Part shown: positions 50,699-59,717 of the stretch, in pieces
How the letters are laid out: each line of letters opens with the position of its first letter
Position numbering within the stretch: position 1 is the first letter of the stretch
Source of the DNA: Gemmatimonadaceae bacterium
GTDB taxonomy: Bacteria; Gemmatimonadota; Gemmatimonadetes; Gemmatimonadales; Gemmatimonadaceae
Length of the DNA: 64,000 nt
Assembly (NCBI GenBank): GCA_019745365.1
Contig: JAIETI010000018.1
Span: forward strand, 4,811-68,810
Direction of reading: 5' to 3'
Translations under genes and position numbers: made by a program
The notes under the pieces: model-generated
Databases searched by the model: none
What the model saw: the letters and a program-made list of their open reading frames with translations, nothing else
Told to the model about the DNA's origin: nothing

Positions 50699-51357
50699 GC
50701 GAGCGCCGCCTCGGCCGTGCGCGTCGCGTCGTCGATCAGTGCGGCGAAGCGCTGTTGATCCGCCTCAGCGACGCGATCACCCGGGGACATTGCGGTGAGG
50801 GGGCCGTACGCGATGACGACGCGCGCGAACGGCTTTGGGAGTGTGAAGCGATCCCAGCTTCTGAAGATCCACGCGCGGTCGACCGCCACACCCACGGGGA
50901 GCACCGGGCGCCCGGTGCGTTGCGACGCGATGAGCGCACCGGGCTGAAAGGCGCGCGCGGGCCCGCGCGGGCCATCGGGGGTGAATCCCAGGACGCGATC
51001 CTGCTCGAGCGCTTCGATCATCGCGCGGAGCGCCGCCCCGCCGCCCCGCGACGATGACCCGCGCGCCCCATCGATCCCGAGCCGTTTCGCGATCCGCGCG
51101 ATGATCTCGCCGTCGCCGTGCTGGCTGATCATCCCCAGCATCCCGACGTCGCCGTGCGTGTAGACCACGGGGAGGAGGACGCCGTGCCAGGTGGCCAGCA
51201 CGCAGCCGTGCCCGGGGACGAAGCTTCGCGCACGCGCGCCATCCGGTACGAACCGCACGCGCCAGCTGCTGCCGAGCGCGCGGATCAGGAGGTACCCGAG
51301 CGCTGACGCGATCACGATCTTCAAGCGTTGGCGCCAACCACCACGTGGGGCACTCAT
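50695..51357 (-). CDS. DUF374/lysophospholipid-acyltransferase-like protein
   Basis: 220 aa with ATWHG, SQHGDGEIIA, RGSSSRGG and FTPDGPRGP motifs typical of DUF374 proteins found in lipid A/KDO clusters. Confidence 0.72.
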   Translation of the reverse strand: MSAPRGGWRQRLKIVIASALGYLLIRALGSSWRVRFVPDGARARSFVPGHGCVLATWHGVLLPVVYTHGDVGMLGMISQHGDGEIIARIAKRLGIDGARGSSSRGGGAALRAMIEALEQDRVLGFTPDGPRGPARAFQPGALIASQRTGRPVLPVGVAVDRAWIFRSWDRFTLPKPFARVVIAYGPLTAMSPGDRVAEADQQRFAALIDDATRTAEAALA

Positions 51358-52460
51358 CCGCGCCGCATCTCCATCGCCATCTGCGCGACGCGTCCTGACG
51401 CGCCCGGTGTCCCGAGCCGCGCCCGAACTTCGCCGAGGCCGAGGCGCAGCGCGTCTCGCGCCGGTCCCGCGTCGAACAGCGACGTCAGGTGAGCGGCGAC
51501 GGTCTCCGGAACGAACGCGTCCTGCACGAACTCACGAGCGACCTCCCGCCCCGCGACGATGTTGAGCAAGCCGATGTACGGGAGCGTGACTAGCCGCTTC
51601 GCGATCGCGAAGCTGATCGCGGAGGTGCGATATACGATCGCGCACGGACAGTCGGCCACGGCGGCTTCGAGTGTGGTGGTGCCACTCTTGCACAGCGCGA
51701 CGTCGGCGGCGCGGAGGACGTCGAACGATGCGCCTCGTACGAGCGGATACGGCACGCGCGTCGCATCGAGCGCGATCGTCGGGGCGACCGCGATCACCGG
51801 ACGCACGCCGGGTCGGCGCCGTTCGATCTCCCGGGCGACGGCGACGAAGTCTTCGAGGTGTCGCGTGATCTCCACCGCCCGGCTCCCAGGGAAGAGCGCC
51901 AGGATCTCCCCCTCCGTCGGCAGCCCCAAGCGCGCGCGCGCGGTCGCGCGATCGGGGAGATCCTGCGCGCGGTCGAGTAGCGGATGCCCAACGAAGGTCG
52001 CGTCGATCCCCGCCTCGCGGAGCATCGCCTCCTCGAAGGGGAGGATCACCGCGGCGCGCGTGATCACCCGCGCCATCTCCCGCAGACGACCGCGCTTCCA
52101 CGCCCACACCTGTGGCGTGATGTAGTACAGCACCGGGACGCCCGCCGCCTGCGCCACCGCGGCGAGGCGCAGATTGAAGCCCGGATAATCAATGAGCACG
52201 ATCGCGCCGACGGTGCCCGCCTGCAGCCTTCGTCTGAGCGCGCGCAGCAATCGCCAATGCTCCGGAATGTGGCGGATGACCTCGACGAATCCGACCACAC
52301 CATCGAGCTCATGGACCAGTTTCACGCCGACGGCACGCATCCGCCCCCCGCCAACCCCCACGATCGGCAGATCCGGCGCGAGCGCGCGGACCGCCTCGGC
52401 GAGCTTCGCCCCGTGCAGGTCGCCGGACGCCTCGCCGGCGACGATCAGGAGCTCACGCAC
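51354..52460 (-). CDS. lpxB: lipid-A-disaccharide synthase
   Basis: 368 aa with the VAGEASGDLHGAKL N-terminus, YYITPQVWAW and CKSGTTTLE motifs. Confidence 0.92.
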   Translation of the reverse strand: MRELLIVAGEASGDLHGAKLAEAVRALAPDLPIVGVGGGRMRAVGVKLVHELDGVVGFVEVIRHIPEHWRLLRALRRRLQAGTVGAIVLIDYPGFNLRLAAVAQAAGVPVLYYITPQVWAWKRGRLREMARVITRAAVILPFEEAMLREAGIDATFVGHPLLDRAQDLPDRATARARLGLPTEGEILALFPGSRAVEITRHLEDFVAVAREIERRRPGVRPVIAVAPTIALDATRVPYPLVRGASFDVLRAADVALCKSGTTTLEAAVADCPCAIVYRTSAISFAIAKRLVTLPYIGLLNIVAGREVAREFVQDAFVPETVAAHLTSLFDAGPARDALRLGLGEVRARLGTPGASGRVAQMAMEMRRG

Positions 52461-53457
52461 CGCGAGCGGCGCCTTGGGCCGTCAGCGCCGGAAGCGCCCT
52501 CTCGATGTCCCCCACGATCCGAAGCGCCACTGCCAACGCGTCACGGCCCGCTTCGCCCGACACCGCCACCGGTGCGTCACCGCGGAGCGCGGCCACGAAC
52601 GACTCCAACTCCAGTCGGAGCGGCTCACCCTCTGGCGCTTCGAGCGGGATCCGCTCGACGAACGCCTCGAGCGGTTGCGCCGAGCGCGCGAGAGCGGCGA
52701 GGTCCACGTCACCGCGCAGCCGGAACATCTCCCCCGTACCCGCACCGAGATCGAGTGAAAGATACCCGTTCTTCTGGAAGAGCCGGAGTTTGCGCGTGCG
52801 GTCGCGCGACACGCGACTCGCCGTGATCGTCGCGATCGCGCCGTTGTCGAACGTGATGCGCGCATTGGCGATGTCGATGCTCGGCGTGAGCACCGGGACG
52901 CCTGCGGCGGACACGTTCGTCACCTTCGCGCGCGTGAGCGTGAGGAGGAGATCGATGTCGTGGATCATGAGGTCGAGCACCACCGCCACATCGGAGCCCC
53001 GCGGATTGAACGGCGCGAGTCGATCAGAGTCGAGGAAGAGCGGCGTCTCCACGTACGAGAGGGCGGCGCGGATCGCGCGGTTGAAGCGCTCGATGTGGCC
53101 GATCTGCACGAGCACTCCCTTCGCCTTCGCGATCGCGAGGAGTTCGTCGGCTTGCTCGATCGTCGAGGTGATGGGCTTCTCGATGAGCACGTGCTTGCCG
53201 GCCTCGAGTGCCGCCTTCGCGACCGCGTAGTGCGCTGGCGTCGGCACCACGATCGAGACCGCATCCACCTCGGCGAGCATCGCGTCGAGCGTGGGAAAAG
53301 CCCGGATGCCGAGCTCGCGGCTCACCTGCCCCGCGCGCTCCGTGTTCGCTTCGAAGAACCCGCGGAAGACCACGCCCGGCACATCCCGCAGGATGCGCGC
53401 GTGATGGTAGCCCAGACTCCCGGTGCCAGCGACGCCGACCCGCAACGTGGCGCTCAT
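52453..53457 (-). CDS. Gfo/Idh/MocA-family NAD(P)-dependent oxidoreductase
   Basis: 334 aa with the VGVAGTGSLGYHHA Rossmann motif and the EKP motif (VLIEKP). Embedded between lpxA and lpxB. Confidence 0.85.
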   Translation of the reverse strand: MSATLRVGVAGTGSLGYHHARILRDVPGVVFRGFFEANTERAGQVSRELGIRAFPTLDAMLAEVDAVSIVVPTPAHYAVAKAALEAGKHVLIEKPITSTIEQADELLAIAKAKGVLVQIGHIERFNRAIRAALSYVETPLFLDSDRLAPFNPRGSDVAVVLDLMIHDIDLLLTLTRAKVTNVSAAGVPVLTPSIDIANARITFDNGAIATITASRVSRDRTRKLRLFQKNGYLSLDLGAGTGEMFRLRGDVDLAALARSAQPLEAFVERIPLEAPEGEPLRLELESFVAALRGDAPVAVSGEAGRDALAVALRIVGDIERALPALTAQGAARGA

Positions 53458-54230
53458 ACCACGACCCCCCGGCCACTCGCTTCGACGAAGGCGACGAAGG
53501 CGTCGACTTCCGGGAGCGGTTGCAGCTCACTCTTCGCCATCTCCATCGCTTGCGAGATGTTGACCTCGGAGCGGAAGAAGAGGCGATACGCCTTCTTCAA
53601 TTCCGCGAGCAACTCGGGACTGAAGCCCGCGCGTTGCAGGCCGACACTGTTCAGGCCGTAGAGCTTGATCGGGTTGCCGACCGCCTTCACGAACGGCGGG
53701 ACATCCTTCGCCACGCGCGAGCACCCGCCGATGAACGCATGCCGGCCGATGCGGGCGAACTGGTGCACTGCACAGAGCCCGGAGATGATCGCGCGGTCCT
53801 CGACCTTCACGTGTCCCGCGAGCTGCGTGCCGTTGGAGATGATCACACCGTTCCCGATGTGGCAGTCATGCGCGAGGTGCACATAGGACATCAGGAAGCA
53901 GTTCGCGCCGACCGTCGTCTTGAACGACTCCGACGTACCGCGGTTGATCGTCGCGTACTCGCGGATCGTCGTCCCCTCGCCGATCTCGACCCAGGTCTCC
54001 TCGCCCTTGAACTTGAGGTCCTGCGGCGCGCCGCCGAGCACCGAGCCGATCCCGACCTTCACCCGCGCGCCGAGCCGCACGTTCTCCTCGAGGGTGGCGC
54101 GCGCCGCGATCACGCTGCCGTCGCCGACCACGCAGCGCGGCCCGACGATCGCCCACGGCCCGACCTCGACGTCGGCGCCGATCGTGGCGCTCGCATCGAT
54201 CAGCGCACTCGGATGGATGCGCGTCGTCAT
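53454..54230 (-). CDS. lpxA: UDP-N-acetylglucosamine O-acyltransferase
   Basis: 258 aa with left-handed beta-helix hexapeptide repeats and the C-terminal helical domain GLNSVGLQRAGF. Confidence 0.95.
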   Translation of the reverse strand: MTTRIHPSALIDASATIGADVEVGPWAIVGPRCVVGDGSVIAARATLEENVRLGARVKVGIGSVLGGAPQDLKFKGEETWVEIGEGTTIREYATINRGTSESFKTTVGANCFLMSYVHLAHDCHIGNGVIISNGTQLAGHVKVEDRAIISGLCAVHQFARIGRHAFIGGCSRVAKDVPPFVKAVGNPIKLYGLNSVGLQRAGFSPELLAELKKAYRLFFRSEVNISQAMEMAKSELQPLPEVDAFVAFVEASGRGVVV

Positions 54231-55498
54231 CGGTCGCGCACCATCGCGGCCATCTCGGCCTCGCAGACCACCGCGCCGTCGACCTTCGCGACGCCGGCGA
54301 TCCGGCAGACCTTCCCGCGCAACTGGAGGATCTCCACCTCGAACCGCAACTGATCGCCGGGCTTGACCGGTTTGCGGAACTTGATGTTGTCGATCGACAT
54401 GAAGTACACAACCTTGCTCTCGGGATCTTCGACCGCCCCCATGAGGAGCATCCCGCCGACCTGCGCCATCGCTTCGACGATGAGCACGCCGGGCATGATC
54501 GGATGCCCCGGGAAGTGTCCCGCGAAGAACGGTTCGTTGATCGTGACGTTCTTGATCCCGACGATCCGCTTCCCCGCCTCGAGGTCGATGATCCGATCGA
54601 CGAGGAGGAACGGGTAGCGGTGCGGCAACACCTTCATGATCTCTTCGATACCGAGCACGTAGTCCTCCGAGAGAGCGTGCGCGAGCAGCGCACGCACGAG
54701 CGTCACCGTTCCCCGGTGACTCGGTTTGATGGCCGTGATCTTCGCCTGCACGCGACGCCCGGCCAAGGCGAGGTCGCCGACGCAGTCCATCGCTTTATGC
54801 CGAACGCACTCATCGGGCCAGCGGAGCGGCCCACTGCGGGAGCCAGCGGCGTCGAAGACCACCGCGTTCTCCACCGACGCCCCCTGGATGAGCCCCTTCG
54901 CCCGCAACGCGTCCACTTCATGCACGAACCCGAAGGTTCGCGCGGCCGCCAGTTCGGCAGCGAACGTCGGCTCGGTCACGTGATACACGCCGCGCTGGGC
55001 GCCGATCATCGGGTGCGGGAACTCGATCGCGACGTCGAGTACCAGCCGGTCACTGGGCTCCGCGACGTAGACGGACTCGCCGTCCTCCACGCGGAGCGGC
55101 ACACCGATCCGCAGCACGGCGGCGTTCCCACCATGAGCGCGCGGCGTCGCCGCCAGCAGCGCGTCGAGGAACGGCTTCGCACTCCCATCCGCGATCGGGG
55201 GCTCCGGGCCATCCATCTCGATCCGCACATCGTCGATCCCGGCACCGGCCACCGCAGCGAGCACATGCTCCACCGTGTGCAACGCGGCATCGCCCGCACC
55301 GAGTTGTGTCCGTCGCTCGGTCAGCACCGCGCGGTCCGCACGCGCGGGGATCATCGGCGCACACGCGATATCCGTGCGCTGGAAGACGATGCCTTGGCCC
55401 ACCGTTCCCGGATGGAACGACAAGCGGCAGGGTTGGCCGAGATGCAGCCCCACGCCCTCGACGGAGGTCGTCGTGGTGATCGTCCGTCGCGCCGTCAC
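54227..55498 (-). CDS. lpxC: bifunctional UDP-3-O-acyl-GlcNAc deacetylase / 3-hydroxyacyl-ACP dehydratase (LpxC-FabZ fusion)
   Basis: 423 aa. The N-terminal ~280 aa is LpxC ([39 protein letters not shown]). The C-terminal ~145 aa is FabZ ([29 protein letters not shown]). Confidence 0.93.
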   Translation of the reverse strand: MTARRTITTTTSVEGVGLHLGQPCRLSFHPGTVGQGIVFQRTDIACAPMIPARADRAVLTERRTQLGAGDAALHTVEHVLAAVAGAGIDDVRIEMDGPEPPIADGSAKPFLDALLAATPRAHGGNAAVLRIGVPLRVEDGESVYVAEPSDRLVLDVAIEFPHPMIGAQRGVYHVTEPTFAAELAAARTFGFVHEVDALRAKGLIQGASVENAVVFDAAGSRSGPLRWPDECVRHKAMDCVGDLALAGRRVQAKITAIKPSHRGTVTLVRALLAHALSEDYVLGIEEIMKVLPHRYPFLLVDRIIDLEAGKRIVGIKNVTINEPFFAGHFPGHPIMPGVLIVEAMAQVGGMLLMGAVEDPESKVVYFMSIDNIKFRKPVKPGDQLRFEVEILQLRGKVCRIAGVAKVDGAVVCEAEMAAMVRDR

Positions 55499-56532
55499 TC
55501 GCCCTGCTGTGCGAGGAAGCGTTCGACGCGCTTCATGAACTCGGCGAGCTTCGCGGTCGCGGCTTGCCCGCGGAGCATCTCCCGGTGCGGACGCGCTGGC
55601 ATCCCCGACACCGTCTCTTTCGGCGCCACATCACTGATCACGCCCGCCTGCGCGGCGACGCGCGCTTGGGCGCCGATCGTGAGGTGACCCGCCACCCCGG
55701 ACTGTCCTGCGAGGATCACGCCGTCCTCGATGCGCGCACTTCCGGCCACACCCACCTGCGCCATCAGCAGACAGAGTCGTCCGATGCGCACGTTGTGTCC
55801 CACGTGCACGAGATTGTCGAGCTTCGTACCGGCGCCGATCACGGTGTCATCAATCGAACCGCGATCGATGGTGCAGTTCGCGCCGATCTCCACGTCGGAC
55901 TCGATGATCGCCCGGCCGACATGGGGGATCTTCTGATGCGCACCACCGCCGAACACATACCCGAAGCCGTCCGATCCCACGCGCACGCCGCTGTGCAACC
56001 GGACCCGATCACCAACGCGGGCACCGCCGTACAGCGTCACGTGCGGATACAGGTGGCAGCCCTCGCCGACCACGGCCCCGCTCGCGATCACGCAATGCGC
56101 ATCGAGGCGCGTCCGCGCCCCGACCCTCGCACCGGATTCGATGACGACGTAGGGACCGATCGCGACATCGGCTCCGATCACGGCATCCGGCGCGATGCGC
56201 GCCGTCGGATCGGTCCCAGGGGTCGCGACCGGCTCGGGGTAGAGCTGCGGGAGGAGCGCGAGCATCGCCTCCTGCGGTTTCGCGACGATCACACGCGCCG
56301 CGACCGTCCCCACTGATTCGGCCAACTCCGGCGAGAGCAACACCACACCCGCACACGTCGTCGCGAACGCGTCCGCGTACTTCGCCGCACCGAGGAACGA
56401 GACGTCGGCGCTCGTCGCGCGATCGAGGGGAGCGACGCCGCTCACCTCGACCGCGCCATCACCGCGCAACTCACCGCCGACCGCCGCTGCGAGCGCAGCG
56501 GCAGTCAGACGCGGGGCACTCGGCGTCGACAT
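55495..56532 (-). CDS. lpxD: UDP-3-O-acylglucosamine N-acyltransferase
   Basis: 345 aa with an N-terminal uridine-binding domain, long hexapeptide-repeat beta-helix, and a C-terminal helix. Confidence 0.93.
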   Translation of the reverse strand: MSTPSAPRLTAAALAAAVGGELRGDGAVEVSGVAPLDRATSADVSFLGAAKYADAFATTCAGVVLLSPELAESVGTVAARVIVAKPQEAMLALLPQLYPEPVATPGTDPTARIAPDAVIGADVAIGPYVVIESGARVGARTRLDAHCVIASGAVVGEGCHLYPHVTLYGGARVGDRVRLHSGVRVGSDGFGYVFGGGAHQKIPHVGRAIIESDVEIGANCTIDRGSIDDTVIGAGTKLDNLVHVGHNVRIGRLCLLMAQVGVAGSARIEDGVILAGQSGVAGHLTIGAQARVAAQAGVISDVAPKETVSGMPARPHREMLRGQAATAKLAEFMKRVERFLAQQGE

Positions 56533-56563
56533 CCGGTCGGGGGAAACCGGTGCGACGCGCGTC

Positions 56564-57217
56564 TTAGCGTTGCGGCGGCTTCGCCGCTGGCTTCACGCCA
56601 GCGGGCGTCGCCGCCGGCCCGGCCGCCGGCTTGGCCGGCGCCGCCGCCCCTGCACCCGCCACCACCGGCTTCGGCGCCGGCATCGTGCGCAGCCGCGCCA
56701 CCACGCGATCGGTGATGTTCAGGTTCTTGTCCGCGGCCACGAGCCCGCTCCCCTGCGCCGCCACGTCGAACAGGAAGGTGTAGCCCTCCGCCGTGCGCAC
56801 GTCCTCCAGGGCGATCTTGATCTGATCGTAGATCGGCTGCATGAGCTCACCCTGCCGCTGGTTCGCGGCCTGCTCGAGCTCGGTCGTGCGCTGCTGATAC
56901 TCGTTCTGCTTGTCCTGGATCCGCTTCTGACGCGTCTCCTTCGCGGCCGGGCTCAGTGTCGCCTCGTCCTTCTGGTACGCGGCGATCATCGCGCTGAGCG
57001 AATCGCTCATCCGCTTGATCTGCTCCTGGTACGCGTTGAGCTCCTTCTGCCACTGCGCTTCGGCTTCGGTGCGGCCCGGGGCCTGGCCGAAGATGTCGCG
57101 CGTGTCGACGAAGGCGATGCGCTGCGCGGGCGGCGTCGCTTGGGCCTGCGCGGCCACGGGGGCGGCGACGGCGAAGAGCACGAGGGCGGCCACGGCCGCG
57201 CGGGTCACGAGGGGCAT
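56564..57217 (-). CDS. skp: OmpH/Skp periplasmic chaperone with Ala/Pro/Lys-rich C-terminal tail
   Basis: Signal peptide MPLVTRAAVAALVLFAVAAPVAAQA, then a coiled-coil Skp-like core (QKELNAYQEQIKRM...). Sits between bamA and lpxD as in many diderms. ATG 57217 is preferred to 57262, which would overlap bamA. Confidence 0.8.
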   Translation of the reverse strand: MPLVTRAAVAALVLFAVAAPVAAQAQATPPAQRIAFVDTRDIFGQAPGRTEAEAQWQKELNAYQEQIKRMSDSLSAMIAAYQKDEATLSPAAKETRQKRIQDKQNEYQQRTTELEQAANQRQGELMQPIYDQIKIALEDVRTAEGYTFLFDVAAQGSGLVAADKNLNITDRVVARLRTMPAPKPVVAGAGAAAPAKPAAGPAATPAGVKPAAKPPQR

Positions 57218-57225
57218 CGCTTCTC

Positions 57226-59652
57226 CTAGAAGAGCTGTCCGAGACGGAAATGGAGCTGCCACTTCGGTGCCGGCCGCCCGAACGCGTCGGTGCGGTCGAA
57301 ACCATAGGCCCAGTCGAGTCCGAGCGGGCCCAGTGGCGTGACGGTGGAGACGCCGAACCCCGACCCGCGGAAGAGCCGCGTCGGGTTGAAGTCGCGCGCA
57401 CGCGACCAGAGGTTCCCGGCATCATAGAACGCACTGAGGTAGAACGACTGCGTGAACCGCAACCCGAGCTCCGCGGTCGACGCGAAGAACGCACTCCCGA
57501 AACTCTGCCGCTGCGCGTTGAATGTCCCGGTGCCGCCGTTGAATCCGGTCGGCGTGATCGAGAACTCCGGGTAGCCGCGCAGCATCTCGCCGAACTGCAC
57601 GCCGCCCAACGCGAACTGCTGGCTGAAGAAGAACGGCCCCGGATCACCGAACACGAATCCCGACCGCCCGGTGAGCCCGAAGGTGAGCTTGATCGGCTGC
57701 GACCCGGGCTTCTTCCCGCCGATGCGCCCGATCACGTTGTACGACCTGAGCTCGCTCGTATAGCGCTGGAAGGTCGCGGTCCCGCCGAGAGGCCCACCAT
57801 TGAACTGCGCCGAGATGGTCTGCAGCCCGCCGTCCGTCGCGAACGGCATGTCGATCCGGGTGTCATGGGTCAGATCGACGCCCATATTGGAGCGGAAGCA
57901 GCGGTCGCACTGCCTCTGCACCGTGCCGAGGAGTCCACCATTACCGAAGCGCACGCGTTCACCGGTGTAGCTCACGAACACGCGCGTGAAGCGCGAGTTC
58001 GGCAGCGGAAGCCCCACGCGCAGCGCGCCACCGATGCGGATGTTCTGCCCGAGGTCCGCGATCGTGAACCGCGCCTGTGAGCGATACACGTTCACCGTGC
58101 CGGACACCCGCGACCGCTTGATGTTCGGATCGGTGAAGCTGAGGTTGAAATCGTTGATGAAGCGCCCGAACTGCCATTGCAGTTGCGCGCGCTTGCACTG
58201 TCCGAAGAGGTTCGGTTGGTCGAGCCCGATGAAGCCACCGAGCCCCGTCCCCTGCCCCACGGACGCACCGAAATTGACGTTCCCCGTCCGCTTCTCCTTC
58301 ACGCGGAAGATCACGTCGACGTCCCCGTTGTCGTTGGCGGGCCGCGTATCGGGCGGCGGGATCGGCGTCTCGAAGAATCCGAGGTTGCCGAGACTCTGGT
58401 AGGAGCGGATCAACCGCTCTTGGTTGAACACATCGCCCGGGATGATGAGGAGCTGCTCCCGGATGCAGTTCTCGACGGTGTAGTCGTTGCCGAGGATCTC
58501 GATCCGGTTCACGATCGCCGGATTCCCTTCCTGGATGTCCCACCGGAGGTTCACGCGAGGCGGCGCGGTCGAATCGACCACCACGCGGTCCACCACCGGG
58601 CGGATACTCGCGTAGATGTACCCCTCGTTGCTGTACGCCGTCCGCACCGCCTGCGTCGCATCGTCCCACTTCTTGCGGTCGAACACATCGCTCGCCGGCG
58701 CCTTGCGGCGCAGCACGCTGCTCACGCGCTGCGTGACCGTCGGCGCGTCCTTCGTGAAGGGGTAGTAGCGCGCCAGCTCTTCCGCCGAGAAGCGTCGGTT
58801 CCCCCCCATCTCGAAGGCCCCGACCTTGTACTGCGGTCCTTCATCGACGGTGATCTCGAGCAGCCCTTTCCCGCGCGCGCGGTCCACGCGCATGGTGTCG
58901 CGCGCCACCTGAAAATCGACGAACCCCTGCTGTTGGAACAGGTCGGGGATGCGTTCGCCCAGGTCGGCAGCGTACTTCTCCTCGTCGAACTCCCCCTTCC
59001 GGAAGAACCAGAAGCCCTCCGGACGGGTCTTCATCGTGGCGACCACGTCCTTGGTCGGCACATGCCCGTTCCCGTTCAGACGGACACCCGAGATCGCGAG
59101 GCGACGCCCTTCCTCCACCCGGAACACGACCTTCACACGCCCCGGCGACACCACGGTGGTCTCCGGGCGAACCCGCGCGAGGTAGTACCCGTTCGCCTGA
59201 TAGACCGAGTCCATCCGCGTCACGGCCGTCGCGACGAGGTCAGGATCCACCGGGCGGTTGATCAACAGGTCGACCTTATCGCGCAGCGTCGACCGAGAGA
59301 TGCGCTGCGAGCCCTCGACGTCCACGTCCTCGAGCACGGGACGTTCCTTCACCTGGATCGAGAGCAGCACCTTGCCGCCCGGATCGTTTGGGCGGCAGGT
59401 GATCTCGACATCGTCGAACTGACCGAGCGCGAAGATCCCACGGATGGCGCGCTGGATCACCGGGAAGCTCAGCGCCTGCCCCTTCCCCAACTGCGACTCG
59501 GTGATGATCTGGGCATACGGGACGCGCACACTCCCCTCGACCACGATGGAATCGGGGGCGAGGCAGGCGCGGCCAGCGGCTTCCTGACCTTGGACACGAG
59601 CAGCTCCCCCCGCCCCAAGAAGGGCGAGGAGAACGGGTGCAAGTCGCTTCAT
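57226..59652 (-). CDS. bamA: outer membrane protein assembly factor BamA (POTRA repeats plus Omp85 barrel)
   Basis: About 808 aa with a signal peptide (MKRLAPVLLALLGAGGAARVQG), five POTRA-like repeats, and a C-terminal barrel ending ...WQLHFRLGQLF. Alternative GTG start at 59667. Confidence 0.92.
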   Translation of the reverse strand: MKRLAPVLLALLGAGGAARVQGQEAAGRACLAPDSIVVEGSVRVPYAQIITESQLGKGQALSFPVIQRAIRGIFALGQFDDVEITCRPNDPGGKVLLSIQVKERPVLEDVDVEGSQRISRSTLRDKVDLLINRPVDPDLVATAVTRMDSVYQANGYYLARVRPETTVVSPGRVKVVFRVEEGRRLAISGVRLNGNGHVPTKDVVATMKTRPEGFWFFRKGEFDEEKYAADLGERIPDLFQQQGFVDFQVARDTMRVDRARGKGLLEITVDEGPQYKVGAFEMGGNRRFSAEELARYYPFTKDAPTVTQRVSSVLRRKAPASDVFDRKKWDDATQAVRTAYSNEGYIYASIRPVVDRVVVDSTAPPRVNLRWDIQEGNPAIVNRIEILGNDYTVENCIREQLLIIPGDVFNQERLIRSYQSLGNLGFFETPIPPPDTRPANDNGDVDVIFRVKEKRTGNVNFGASVGQGTGLGGFIGLDQPNLFGQCKRAQLQWQFGRFINDFNLSFTDPNIKRSRVSGTVNVYRSQARFTIADLGQNIRIGGALRVGLPLPNSRFTRVFVSYTGERVRFGNGGLLGTVQRQCDRCFRSNMGVDLTHDTRIDMPFATDGGLQTISAQFNGGPLGGTATFQRYTSELRSYNVIGRIGGKKPGSQPIKLTFGLTGRSGFVFGDPGPFFFSQQFALGGVQFGEMLRGYPEFSITPTGFNGGTGTFNAQRQSFGSAFFASTAELGLRFTQSFYLSAFYDAGNLWSRARDFNPTRLFRGSGFGVSTVTPLGPLGLDWAYGFDRTDAFGRPAPKWQLHFRLGQLF

Positions 59653-59670
59653 AGAAGGAATATACACGCA

Positions 59671-59711
59671 CGCGGGGGTTCAGGTCCGGAACTCGGACCG
59701 GAACCCCCGCG
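59671..59711 (-). terminator. long GC-rich hairpin between clpC and bamA (terminator or attenuator)
   Basis: CGCGGGGGTTC-a-GGTCCG-gaact-CGGACC-g-GAACCCCCGCG, about 17 bp of stem, lying 6 nt downstream of the clpC stop. Confidence 0.5.
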
Positions 59712-59717
59712 GCACCC

